From NCBI GenBank assembly GCA_963803025.1, contig CAWDKZ010000011.1:16225-80224 (forward strand): a stretch of DNA of 64,000 nt. The letters run 5' to 3'. Source of the stretch: an uncultured Acidimicrobiaceae bacterium. Its GTDB lineage: Bacteria > Actinomycetota > Acidimicrobiia > Acidimicrobiales > Bog-793. Shown piece after piece: positions 7,962 to 17,146 of the stretch. The translations under genes were made by a program, and so were the position numbers. How positions within the stretch are numbered: position 1 is the stretch's first letter; every line of letters starts with the position of its first letter. The notes beneath the pieces were generated by a model. The model had not been told where the DNA came from. It saw only the letters and a list, made by a program, of their open reading frames with translations, and made no database searches.

Positions 7962-9102
7962 CGAGCCGCAGGCACTTCGGCAGCGTCCGCAAGCTGCCCT
8001 CGGGGCGTTACCAGGCGAGCTACTGGCATGATGGCGAGCGCCACGTCGCGCCCGGCACCTGCGCTGTGAAGGCCGACGCCCTCGCCTATCTCGCGAACAC
8101 AGAGGCCGATCTTCGGCGCGGCCGATGGGTCGACCCAATGGCAGGGAAGGTTGCTCTCTCCGTGTACGCGACCGCATGGCTGAAGGGTCGCAGCGACCTG
8201 CGCGAGACCACTCGCGCGAAGTACGACCACCTCCTCAGAAACCACATCTTGCCGAAGCTCGGACCGACCCCGATCTCGGCTCTCGCACCATCCAAGGTCC
8301 GGGCCTGGTATCACGATCTCGCGCGGCAACACTCGACTACGGCAGACGACGCCTACCGGCTTCTACCGCGGTCATGAACGTGGCTAAGGCCGACCGCATG
8401 ATCGGCGAGAACCCCTGCCAAGTGAAAGGCGCGGGACAGGTGCGCTCACCGGAGCGCCCGGTCGCGTCCGTGCGCGATCTCGCGCGCGCTGTCGAGGCCG
8501 TCGCGGACCGCTATCGGTTGGCCCTGCTCCTGCCCGCCTGGTGCCAGTTGCGGCGCGGTGAAGTGCTTGCCCTACAGCGTCGGGACGTGGACTTGCTTCA
8601 CGGCACGATCCGCGTCGAGCGAGCCTGGTCGGCGCCGATGAACGGCAGGCCGATGATCGGACCGCCGAAAACGGAGGCTGGCGTTCGCACGCTGGCGATC
8701 CCTCCGAACGTCGTCGGGGCTGTCGAGGATCACCTCACCCGGTTCGTGGGACCGGAGCCGACCGCCTGGCTGTTCGGCACCTCGACCGGGACGGCGCTAT
8801 CGCCGCGCAACTTCGATCGCGTGTGGAGCAAGGCGAGAGAGAAAGTCGGGCGGACCGACCTCCGCCTGCACGACCTTCGGCACAGCGGGCTCACGTGGGC
8901 AGCGGCCACCGGTGCGAGCGTTGCCGAGCTGATGCGCCGCGGTGGTCACGCCAACCCGCGGGCAGCGCTCCGCTACCAACACGCGACCGAGGACCGAGAC
9001 AAGGCGATCGCCGAGGCATTGGGGCAGCTCGCCGAAAATGCCAACATCGTCGCATTGAGGCCCGATCGAGAGCACAGCCCTCTCGCCCCATCGGGCCAGT
9101 AG
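7958..9102 (+). pseudogene. int: Tyrosine integrase (phage-integrase family) with a -1 frameshift near 8363-8368
   Basis: The N-terminal DNA-binding and SAM-like part (MTSRRHFGSVRKLPSGRYQASYWHDGERH...AYRLL) is in frame 2 and stops at 8377. The catalytic domain (AVMNVAKADRMIGENPC...RRGEVLAL...HDLRHSGLT...HANPRAALRYQH) is in frame 1. Catalytic R, HxxR, H and Y are all present. One missing base around CTTCTACCGCGGTC would restore AYRLL-RAVMN. Confidence 0.85.
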
Positions 9103-9111
9103 GTTCTGGCT

Positions 9112-9738
9112 GTGTCAACCATCGTCTACGTGGACGGCTTCAACCTCTATTACGGCGCGCTCAAAGGATCGAGCCTCAAGTGGCTTGACCTCGAAGCTTT
9201 TTGCCGCGCAATGCTTCCGCAAGAGGACATCACCCTGATTCGTTACTTCACCGCTCATGTTTCAGGAAAGGTCGACCCCGACGCGCCGACACGCCAGGAG
9301 ACCTACCTGCGTGCTCTCGCAACATTGCCCTCGGTGGGGGTTCATTACGGCAATTTCCTTACCAACACGACCCGGATGCCTCTCGCGAACCCACGACCAG
9401 GAGGCGCCAAGACTGTCGCCGTGATCAAGACCGAGGAGAAGGGGTCCGACGTGAACCTCGCCTCGCATCTCCTTTGGGATGCCTTCGCGGGCCGTTGCGA
9501 CTCACAGGTTCTGGTTTCGGACGACTCAGATTTCCGGGAGGCGGTCCGAATCACCCATGACGAGATGGGAATGCGCCTTGGCATAATCAACCCTCATCGG
9601 CGCCGCCCTACGAGATCGCTCAGCGCGATCGCTGACTACACCAAGCGAGTGACGATTGCGGCACTTGCGTCGTCTCAGTTCGCCGACCCTCTGATCGCTG
9701 TCGGGCACCAACCGATCAGCAAGCCACCTACCTGGTGA
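9112..9738 (+). CDS. NYN-domain (LabA/DUF88-like, PIN-fold) putative ribonuclease
   Basis: The conserved acidic NYN pattern is present: VYVDGFNLYYG, EEKGSDVNLA and VLVSDDSDF. It is a single-domain 208-aa protein lying between the integrase and the tRNA. Confidence 0.7.
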   Translation: MSTIVYVDGFNLYYGALKGSSLKWLDLEAFCRAMLPQEDITLIRYFTAHVSGKVDPDAPTRQETYLRALATLPSVGVHYGNFLTNTTRMPLANPRPGGAKTVAVIKTEEKGSDVNLASHLLWDAFAGRCDSQVLVSDDSDFREAVRITHDEMGMRLGIINPHRRRPTRSLSAIADYTKRVTIAALASSQFADPLIAVGHQPISKPPTW

Positions 9739-9996
9739 TTTGAGTCTGCGCCCAGACATGCGAAGAGCCGCCCTTTCGGACGGCTCCCGCGGCCCAGGCG
9801 CCTAGGGCGACTGGGAGGGTACTTATGACTATAACGAGACTCGCGCTCAATGCAAGAGCTCTTCGGCGCCTTGCTCACTCGCCCCAGCCCGGTCATCGAA
9901 GCAGCCAATCGCGCACGTAGCGCGCACGTCGAAGCAAACTCGCTTCCTCACGCAAAAAGACACCCTCAGAAAAGGGCGCCTTAGCAGGACCTTAGT

Positions 9997-10072
9997 TGGA
10001 GCGGACGACGGGACTCGAACCCGCGACCCTCACCTTGGCAAGGTGATGCTCTACCAACTGAGCCACGTCCGC
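9997..10072 (-). tRNA. tRNA-Gly (anticodon GCC), CCA encoded
   Basis: The reverse complement is GCGGACGTGGCTCAGTTGGTAGAGCATCACCTTGCCAAGGTGAGGGTCGCGGGTTCGAGTCCCGTCGTCCGCTCCA. It folds as a cloverleaf: 7-bp acceptor stem, D arm GCTC/GAGC, anticodon stem TCACC/GGTGA with loop TTGCCAA, and T arm GCGGG/CCCGT with loop TTCGAGT. Confidence 0.95.
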
Positions 10073-10143
10073 GTGCACGTCATGATACCCAGCGGCCACG
10101 TGAGATGCGCGGCCGCATGGGGCTCCGAAACGACCGCGACAAC

Positions 10144-10581
10144 TCAGCGTCCCGAATGGCCAAAGCCGCCGGGTCCGCGCTCGCTCTCGGGCAGGGTTTC
10201 TACGGCGAAGAAGCGGGCGACCTCGACGGCCACGATCACGAGCTGCGCGATCCGGTCGCCGCGGTGCACCGTGTACGGCTCGTGGGGATCGGTGTTGACG
10301 AGAACGACCTGGACCTCGCCGCGAAAGCCCGAATCGATGAGCCCCGGGGCGTTGAGGCACGTCACGCCGTGGCGGATCGCCAGCCCGCTGCGGGCGAGCA
10401 CGAGCCCGGCGAGGCCCTCGGGGATCGCGATCGCGTGGCCCGTCGGGACGAGCGCGCGGCCGCCACGCGGCCCGAGGACGATGTCGTGTGTCGCGACGAG
10501 ATCGGCTCCTGCGTCGCCGGGATGCGCGTAGGCGGGTGCGGTCGCGCCAGATTCGAGGATCGTGAAGGGAATGTCGAGCAT
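10144..10581 (-). CDS. dut: dUTP diphosphatase
   Basis: The sequence MLDIPFT...AYAHPGDAGADLVA...RSGLAIRHGV...GLIDSGFRGEV...GDRIAQLV...RGPGGFGHSG carries the classic trimeric dUTPase motifs. Only the last 145 codons of the 367-aa track ORF are credible. Confidence 0.9.
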   Translation of the reverse strand: MLDIPFTILESGATAPAYAHPGDAGADLVATHDIVLGPRGGRALVPTGHAIAIPEGLAGLVLARSGLAIRHGVTCLNAPGLIDSGFRGEVQVVLVNTDPHEPYTVHRGDRIAQLVIVAVEVARFFAVETLPESERGPGGFGHSGR

Positions 10582-10650
10582 CACGGCAGGGTAGCGCCTC
10601 GGCCAGCCAGGACGACGAACGTAGACGAGGTCCGAACTACCATCCACGCC

Positions 10651-11220
10651 GTGCTCGTTTGGATGGACCTCGAGATGACGGGGCTCGATCCGTCGCGCCA
10701 CGTCATCGTCGAGATCGCGACGCTTGTCACGGACGACCAGCTCGAGATCATCGCCGAAGGCCCGGACCTCGTCATCGCCGCGACGCCGGGGGACCTCGCG
10801 GGGATGGATGACGTCGTCCGCAAGATGCACACGGAATCGGGACTGCTCGAGGCGATCGAAGCCTCGACCCTGACGCTGGCCGAAGCTGCATCCGCGACGC
10901 TCGCCTTCATCCGGAGCCACGTGCCTGAGGCGGGTCGCGTGCCGTTGTGCGGGAACTCGATCGGCGTTGACCGTCGTTTCCTCAGTCGGCATCTGCCCGA
11001 GATCGAGGAGTACCTGCATTACCGGTCGATCGACGTCTCGACGGTGAAGGAGCTCTGTAAACGCTGGTACCCCTCCCTGTACGGGCATGCGCCGAAGAAA
11101 GCCGGTTCCCACCGGGCGCTCGGCGACATCCGCGAGAGCGTCGCCGAGCTCAAGTACTACCGGGACAACTTCTTCAGACTTCCCAACGGCGACGTGCCGG
11201 CTGGCGAACGGGCGATCTAA
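10651..11220 (+). CDS. orn: Oligoribonuclease
   Basis: LVWMDLEMTGLDP, GNSIGVDRRFL, YRSIDVSTVKEL and AHRALGDIRESVAELKYYR are DEDDh exonuclease motifs. The start is uncertain (GTG 10651 or ATG 10663). The upstream part of the track ORF is antisense to dut. Confidence 0.85.
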   Translation: MLVWMDLEMTGLDPSRHVIVEIATLVTDDQLEIIAEGPDLVIAATPGDLAGMDDVVRKMHTESGLLEAIEASTLTLAEAASATLAFIRSHVPEAGRVPLCGNSIGVDRRFLSRHLPEIEEYLHYRSIDVSTVKELCKRWYPSLYGHAPKKAGSHRALGDIRESVAELKYYRDNFFRLPNGDVPAGERAI

Positions 11221-11244
11221 CTGGATTGTCCGCCCGCGACAATG

Positions 11245-11265
11245 CACGTCATGTCGAATGACGTG
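11245..11265 (+). terminator. Hairpin downstream of orn: CACGTCAT-gtcga-ATGACGTG
   Basis: A perfect 8-bp stem with a 5-nt loop sits 25 nt after the orn stop. The U-tract is poor, so its function is uncertain. Confidence 0.25.
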
Positions 11266-11345
11266 GCTGTGTCATGCGCGCGACCACATGGGGGAGGAAA
11301 CTCACGCGAGGACGAATCCTCAGTCCACAAGGTGAGTGATCCACC

Positions 11346-12152
11346 ATGCAGAACGTCGCGGAGGCAGAGGTGCCCGAGAAGGGCATGCGCGCGCTCGATG
11401 AGATGCTGCTTGATGACGTCGAATACGTGAACGCGTCGCCGGAGCGTGAGATCATCGGATTTGTGGAACCTTCTGGTGAGGCGAGCCCCCAGAGGGTCGC
11501 GGGGGAGCGCATTCGGGTCGGCATCGTCGATGACCACGCCATGGTCGCTGAGGGTCTCGGGGTTCTTCTCAGAGAACAACGTGATCTCGAGATAGTCGGC
11601 ATCGCCGCGACCGTCGCCGAGGCGATCGAACTCGTGGAACGGCGACACCCGCATGTGCTGCTCCTCGACTACCGGCTTCCGGACGGGGACGGCGCGACGG
11701 CGGCGACCGAGATCCTGCGGCGCTGGCCGTCGACGAAGGTCGTCATGCTGTCCGCCGCCGGCGGTGACGAGCTCCTCGCGCGGTCGATCGAAGCGGGTTG
11801 CTCGGGATTCCTGCCCAAGGACCGGAGCGGCCAGGAGGTCGTCAGCGCGGTTCGGGCCGCCTACCGGGGCGAGTCGTTGATCCCGACCTCCGTGCTCGTC
11901 GGCCTGCTCGATCGTCTGCGTCGGGCACCCCAGGGCAAGGCGGGAGACCTGACGCAACGGGAGTTCGAGGTGTTACGCCTGCTGGCCAAGGGCATGTCGA
12001 CCGAGGGGATCAGTTCGTTGCTGTTCCTGTCGGAGCACACGGTGCGCAACCACGTGCGCAACATCCTTGCCAAGCTTGGCGCCCACTCGAAGCTCGAAGC
12101 CGTCGCCGTAGCGGCACGAGACGGCATCATCTCGCTCGAAGATCGAACCTAA
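11346..12152 (+). CDS. NarL/FixJ (LuxR-type HTH) response regulator with an N-terminal extension of about 55 aa
   Basis: The receiver domain shows VGIVDDH and LLLDYRLPDGDG. The LuxR HTH is LTQREFEVLRLLAKGMSTEGISSLLFLSEHTVRNHVRNILAKLG. The start could lie further downstream. Confidence 0.85.
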   Translation: MQNVAEAEVPEKGMRALDEMLLDDVEYVNASPEREIIGFVEPSGEASPQRVAGERIRVGIVDDHAMVAEGLGVLLREQRDLEIVGIAATVAEAIELVERRHPHVLLLDYRLPDGDGATAATEILRRWPSTKVVMLSAAGGDELLARSIEAGCSGFLPKDRSGQEVVSAVRAAYRGESLIPTSVLVGLLDRLRRAPQGKAGDLTQREFEVLRLLAKGMSTEGISSLLFLSEHTVRNHVRNILAKLGAHSKLEAVAVAARDGIISLEDRT

Positions 12153-12153
12153 C

Positions 12154-12567
12154 GTGCCCCGCTCCTCCGAGCGGCGCATCACGGTTGTGCTCGCCGATGA
12201 CCAGCGCGCGATCATCGACGCGCTGACGCGGCTCCTCACCGAGCAGCGCGACATCGAACTCGTCGGGGCGGGTCGCAACGCCGAGGAGGCCCTCAAGCTC
12301 TGTATCGAACACGAGCCCGACGTCGCGGTGCTCGACGTCCGCATGCCCCAGGGCGGCGGTGCGGTCGCCGCGATCGAGATCAGAAGTCGCGGCCTCAAAA
12401 CGCGTGTCGTCGCACTTTCGGCTTTCGACGACCACGCGACGCGGGATCACATGATGGCGGCCGGTGCGGTCTCGTACGTGCTGAAGGACCGGCCGGTGGG
12501 CGAGCTGCTCGAGGCGATCCGCCGAGCCGCGGGGCGCGCTTCGCAGGACAAGGGCGTCGCGAGCTAG
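12154..12567 (+). CDS. Stand-alone receiver-domain response regulator (no output domain)
   Basis: ITVVLADDQ, VAVLDVRMPQGGG and VVALSAF are receiver-domain motifs. It is 137 aa with a GTG start 2 nt after the preceding stop. Confidence 0.75.
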   Translation: MPRSSERRITVVLADDQRAIIDALTRLLTEQRDIELVGAGRNAEEALKLCIEHEPDVAVLDVRMPQGGGAVAAIEIRSRGLKTRVVALSAFDDHATRDHMMAAGAVSYVLKDRPVGELLEAIRRAAGRASQDKGVAS

Positions 12568-14123
12568 GAGACGCCGCGCGGGATCCAGGACCGGACCGTC
12601 GTGCCCGCGCCCGGTGCCGAGGAGATCTCGAAGCTCCCCCCGGCCCGCTCCGCCCGTTCCCGCATCGACGCGACGCCGAGGTGCCCCGGGACGATCTGGC
12701 TGGTGTCGTCCATGCCGATGCCGTCGTCGGCGACCGTGAGCGCGATCCCGCCCTGACTGTCGAGCACGCTGACTGTGACGTTGTGCGCGTCGGCGTGCTT
12801 GCGCGAATTCGTCAGCGCCTCGGCGGTGATGCGGAAGAGTGTGATCGCTTCGTCGGCGGTCGGTTCCGTCGCGAGCGAGCTGTCGAAGCGGACCTTGGGG
12901 CCACCCGCGCCCTCGTAGCGGCGAATGAACTCGGTCAGCGACTCGGTGAGGCCGCCGAGGTGCAACGCCGGGGGATGGAGCTCGAACAGCAACGTGCGCA
13001 TCTGCTCGATCGACTGCGCGACGGCCCTTTTCAGGTCTTCGACGACGCTCAGGGCGTTCTTGTCCTTCAGCCTTCCCTCGAGGATCTGCAGCTGGATCGA
13101 AAGCGCGATCAGCGTCTGCAAGGGATCGTCGTGGACCTCGTCGGCGATGCGTCGGCGTTCGTTCTCCTGGGCTCGGAGCAACAGCCGGGCGAGTTCGGCG
13201 CGCTGCTCGTCGAGGCGGCGCTGTTCGGAGACATCCTGGGCGAGCCCGACGACGAAGCGGGGACCCTCCGACTCGGGAACGATGCTCGCAGCTGTCACGA
13301 TCGCGTGCACCGTCTCGCCATCAGGTCGCTGATAGCGGCGCTCGAACACCGCCGACGTCGCGCTCCCCGACAGGAGCCCACCGAGGGCGGCGTCCGTCGT
13401 CTCAGCGTCAGCCGGGAGGATGAGGTCGTCGAGGTGCCGGCCGATGATTTCTCCTCGTGGCCGGGCGAGCATGCCCGCGAGGGCCGAGTTCACGGCGCGA
13501 TAACGGCCGTCCGGCCCGACGACCTCAATGCCGATCGAGAGTTCGTTGGCGAGCCGGCCGAGTACGTCGTTGCGTCGGTGCAGCCGGTCGCGCAGCAGGT
13601 AGGCGGCGGCGCTAAGCGCGGCGACCACAGCGGCGGTGATGATCCACTCCCGGGCCGCGACCGCTGCGCTGCTGTGCCCGAATCGTCCCGTCGCGCCGTC
13701 GATCACCCCGGGGACGAGCGCGGCGTAGCCGCTCTCGAGGAGCGCGGCACGGACGGGTAATAGCGCGAACGACGTCGGCGCGAACCAGCATAGCAAGGCG
13801 AGCACGTTCCCTGCGGTGAGCCAGTAGACGTCGGCTCCGATCCAGGAGGTCCCGAGGGCGAAGAGGCACACGAGCGTCAGGTCGTCCAGCGAAGGACGAC
13901 GTCGGATGAGCACGGCGCCGAGCGCGGCCGCGACGATTCCGGAGACGAGGATCGCGAGGCGATCCCGGGAGGCGAGATCGGGCAGCGCGGCGAGGACCAG
14001 GGTGACGAGTGCCGCCGAGACGTAGAGCGCCCCCACGTACCATCCCGGCTCGAACGGCTGCGGATCCCCCGCCTCTCCGACGGCCGAAGTCAACCAGTTC
14101 CCCTGCCGACCAACAGAACTCAT
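12564..14123 (-). CDS. Membrane sensor histidine kinase (TM region, PAS, HisKA_3, HATPase_c)
   Basis: The H-box is RRIADEVHDDPLQTL and the ATPase motifs are TNSRKHA, DDGIGM and GGSFEISSAPGAGTTV. The N-terminal third is hydrophobic. Met30 (14123) is preferred over the track start at 14210. Confidence 0.85.
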   Translation of the reverse strand: MSSVGRQGNWLTSAVGEAGDPQPFEPGWYVGALYVSAALVTLVLAALPDLASRDRLAILVSGIVAAALGAVLIRRRPSLDDLTLVCLFALGTSWIGADVYWLTAGNVLALLCWFAPTSFALLPVRAALLESGYAALVPGVIDGATGRFGHSSAAVAAREWIITAAVVAALSAAAYLLRDRLHRRNDVLGRLANELSIGIEVVGPDGRYRAVNSALAGMLARPRGEIIGRHLDDLILPADAETTDAALGGLLSGSATSAVFERRYQRPDGETVHAIVTAASIVPESEGPRFVVGLAQDVSEQRRLDEQRAELARLLLRAQENERRRIADEVHDDPLQTLIALSIQLQILEGRLKDKNALSVVEDLKRAVAQSIEQMRTLLFELHPPALHLGGLTESLTEFIRRYEGAGGPKVRFDSSLATEPTADEAITLFRITAEALTNSRKHADAHNVTVSVLDSQGGIALTVADDGIGMDDTSQIVPGHLGVASMRERAERAGGSFEISSAPGAGTTVRSWIPRGVS

Positions 14124-14374
14124 CGACCAGCTCCAACCGACCGAACCACCGCGCCTCACACCCAGCCCGGGGACGCTTCTTAGCGAACCACGGCAAGACA
14201 CACGGCACACCGCACCGCGTGAAGACCCTACCGTCTCGTGGCGTGGCAGCCCCGGACCACGCCGGACGAGCAGGCGGTCGTTCGAGGATTCCGGGCGACA
14301 AACGCAGGTGCTGACGGGGGATTCGTAGCACTTGCTTCCCGCACGCGGCCGAGGGACGATCCACCCGGAGCATC

Positions 14375-17146
14375 GTGAGGAGGCCGCAGATGAAGGTTTC
14401 TGGCCGGCGGGCGCGTCCTACGGACGCGCCGAATGGGTACCCGGCTGCCTGGGAGGTCGACTCTCTGCTCGTCGACGGCAGGGGCGTCCATCTTCGCCCG
14501 ATCCTGCCGGATGACGCCGAGCGGCTCGAGCGGTTCCATCGTGGCTTGTCGACGGAGAGCGCCCAGGTGCGGTTGTTCGGCTCCGCGGCCAACCCCACCG
14601 CGGTCGATTTCGAGAGACTGGCTCACGCCGACTACGTCGACACGATGGCGCTCATCGCGCTCGTCGGCGATCGGCTGGTCGGGGTCGCGCGCTACTTCCG
14701 CCTCGAGCGGTCAGAAGACGCCGACGTCTCGTTCGTCGTCGCCGACGAGTTCCAGGGCCACGGCGTGGGGACGCTGCTCCTCGAGATCCTCGCCGGGTAC
14801 GCGACGGAGAAGGGGATCGGCCAGTTCCTGGCCGACACGCTGCCGGAGAACTCGGAGATGCTCGACGTGTTCGAGGACGCCGGGATGAGTGAGGCGAGCC
14901 GGCTCGTCGAAGGCGTCGTCAGGGTGCGGCTCGATCTCACGCCGACCGCGTCGTATCTTGCCCGTCGCGAGGAGCGCGAACGCGTCGCGACGGCGGCGAG
15001 CGTCGCTTCGTTCCTCCGTCCGAGCTCGATCGCGGTGATCGGTGCTGGTCGGCACCCGGGCGGTATCGGCCACGAGATCGTCCGGTCGCTCCTCGCCGGT
15101 GATTTCGCCGGGATCGTCTATCCGGTGAACCCCCACGCCCGTTCGATCTGTGGCGTCCGCGCCTATGCCTCGGTGGGCGAGCTACCGCCGCCCGTCGACC
15201 TCGGTGTCGTGGCCGTGCCTCCGTCCGCGGTCCTCCAGGTGGTGGAGGAGTCCGCCGCCGCTGGCCTGCGTTCCCTCGTCATCATCACGTCCGGTCTCGG
15301 CGAGACGGGACGTGACGGCGCGTCGCTCGAGAACGAGCTGCTCGACGTCGCCCGGCACGCCGGGATGCGGATCGTCGGACCGAACTGCCTCGGCGTGAGC
15401 AGCACGGACCCGGACGTCCGCTGCAACGCGACCTTCTCGCCGGTCGCACCAGTGCGCGGGCGGGTCGGACTGTTCACGCAGTCCGGAGCAGTCGGGATCG
15501 TCCTGCTCGAAGAGTCCTCCCGCGCCGGTATCGGCGTCTCGAACTTCGTCTCGGTCGGGAACAAGATCGACGTCAGCGGCAACGACCTTCTGTGCTTCTG
15601 GGAGGATGACCCCGCCACCGAAGTCATCGCCCTCTACCTTGAGTCGTTCGGTAATCCGAGGAAGTTCCTCCGGACCGCGCGCCGCGTCGCGCGCAAGCAG
15701 CCCATCGTCGCTCTGAAAGCAGGGAGGACGGTCGCCGGAGTGCGGGGCGCACGCTCGCACACGGCCGCTGCGGCGACCCCGGCCGTGGCGTCCGATGCGC
15801 TCCTCTCGGCGGCCGGCGTCATCGCTGTCGAGGGACTCGACGAGCTGCTCGACGTCGTCGCGCTCGTCGGCGCAGCTCCCCTGCCGCGCGGGCGGCGGGT
15901 CGCCCTGGTCGGGAACTCTGGGGGGCCGCTCATCCTCGCGGCTGACGCCTGCACGAAGGCGGGGCTCGTCGTTCCCGAGTTCAGCAAGACGACCCAGCGC
16001 GCCCTGCGCGAGGTGTTGAACCCCGCCAGCGCCGTCGCCAATCCTGTGGACACGACGGCAGGGGGCGGGGAAGCCGACCTCGTGTCGGGGCTGCGTGTCG
16101 CCCTCGGGGCGGAAGACGTCGACGCGGCGATCGCCGTCGTCACGCCGCTCATCTCGCTGTCGCGCGAACAGACGCTCGACGCCATCGACCGCGTCGCGCG
16201 CGAGAGCGACAAGCCGATCATTGCCTGCATCTTCGGCGAACCGATTCCCGCCGAGATCGACCGCCTGTCTTCGTCCCGTTTCACCGTCGTCCCATCGCCG
16301 GATCGGGCGGCGGCGGCGATGGAGCGGGCGTCGACGTACGCGGAGTGGCGGTCGCGGCCCGCCTCCCCCCCGGCCGACCCCGCCGGCGTCGACGTCGTCG
16401 CGGCTCGTGGGATCGTCACCGAGTTCCTGAGTGATAATCCGGCCGGTGGTTGGCTCGACGCCGGCCGCATGGGCGGCGTGCTCAAGGCGTTCGGGATCGC
16501 CTGCGCCGAGATGGTGACGGCCCGCTCGCTCGAACAGGCGCTCGCGGCTGCGCGCCAAGTCGGCTACCCGGTGGCGCTGAAGGCGGAAGGCGCGACCATC
16601 CTCCACAAGACCGAGGTCGGGGGGGTCGCGCTCGGGCTGGGCTCGGAGGAGGAACTCGCCGCGGCGTATCGGACGATGGCGGATCGTCTCGGCAGACAGC
16701 TCGAAGCTGTCGCTGTCCAGAGGATGATCGCGGCCGGCGTCGAGACGATCGTCGGGCTTTCGGTCGATCCAGACTTCGGCCCGCTGTTGATGTTCGGGCT
16801 CGGCGGGATCGTCACCGAGCTGCTCGGCGACCATGAATTCGCCGTTCCTCCGCTCTCCGAGGACGACTCCGCCCGTCTCGTCGCGGCGATCCGTGGGGCG
16901 CCGCTCCTCTACGGCTACCGGGGCTCGGAGCCCGTGGCGATCGACCAGCTGAGAGACGTCCTCAACCGGGTGAGCTGCATCGCCGAGAAGCTGCCCGAGG
17001 TCGTCGAGCTCGACTTGAACCCCGTGATCGCCACGCCAAGGGAGGCGATCGCCGTCGACTTCCGGTTGCGCGTCGCCCCGCAGCCGTCCGGCCGGGACGC
17101 CTACATGCGGATCCTGCGGCGGCGCCCCGTCCAACCCGTCGCCTGA
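14375..17146 (+). CDS. Pat-type protein acetyltransferase: N-terminal GNAT fused to an NDP-forming acyl-CoA synthetase-like region
   Basis: It contains a GNAT core (VVADEFQGHGVGTLLLE), a CoA-binding region (SIAVIGAGRHPGGIGH), a succinyl-CoA-ligase-like region and a C-terminal ATP-grasp (GYPVALKAEG...HKTEVGGV). This is one 923-aa ORF. Confidence 0.85.
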   Translation: MRRPQMKVSGRRARPTDAPNGYPAAWEVDSLLVDGRGVHLRPILPDDAERLERFHRGLSTESAQVRLFGSAANPTAVDFERLAHADYVDTMALIALVGDRLVGVARYFRLERSEDADVSFVVADEFQGHGVGTLLLEILAGYATEKGIGQFLADTLPENSEMLDVFEDAGMSEASRLVEGVVRVRLDLTPTASYLARREERERVATAASVASFLRPSSIAVIGAGRHPGGIGHEIVRSLLAGDFAGIVYPVNPHARSICGVRAYASVGELPPPVDLGVVAVPPSAVLQVVEESAAAGLRSLVIITSGLGETGRDGASLENELLDVARHAGMRIVGPNCLGVSSTDPDVRCNATFSPVAPVRGRVGLFTQSGAVGIVLLEESSRAGIGVSNFVSVGNKIDVSGNDLLCFWEDDPATEVIALYLESFGNPRKFLRTARRVARKQPIVALKAGRTVAGVRGARSHTAAAATPAVASDALLSAAGVIAVEGLDELLDVVALVGAAPLPRGRRVALVGNSGGPLILAADACTKAGLVVPEFSKTTQRALREVLNPASAVANPVDTTAGGGEADLVSGLRVALGAEDVDAAIAVVTPLISLSREQTLDAIDRVARESDKPIIACIFGEPIPAEIDRLSSSRFTVVPSPDRAAAAMERASTYAEWRSRPASPPADPAGVDVVAARGIVTEFLSDNPAGGWLDAGRMGGVLKAFGIACAEMVTARSLEQALAAARQVGYPVALKAEGATILHKTEVGGVALGLGSEEELAAAYRTMADRLGRQLEAVAVQRMIAAGVETIVGLSVDPDFGPLLMFGLGGIVTELLGDHEFAVPPLSEDDSARLVAAIRGAPLLYGYRGSEPVAIDQLRDVLNRVSCIAEKLPEVVELDLNPVIATPREAIAVDFRLRVAPQPSGRDAYMRILRRRPVQPVA

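Noticed and set aside
11217-11957. A 246-aa minus ORF overlapping the LuxR-type response regulator.
   Set aside because: It is antisense to a gene with clear receiver and HTH motifs, and it has a low-complexity composition.
15182-17134. A 650-aa minus-strand ORF antisense to the Pat-like gene. Similar giant antisense ORFs occur at 24246-26654, 28330-30666, 42624-45335 and 58092-59600.
   Set aside because: All are Arg/Asp/Gly/Pro/His-rich low-complexity translations. Each exactly mirrors a well-supported gene on the other strand. They are typical stop-poor antisense frames of high-G+C DNA and contain no recognisable motifs.
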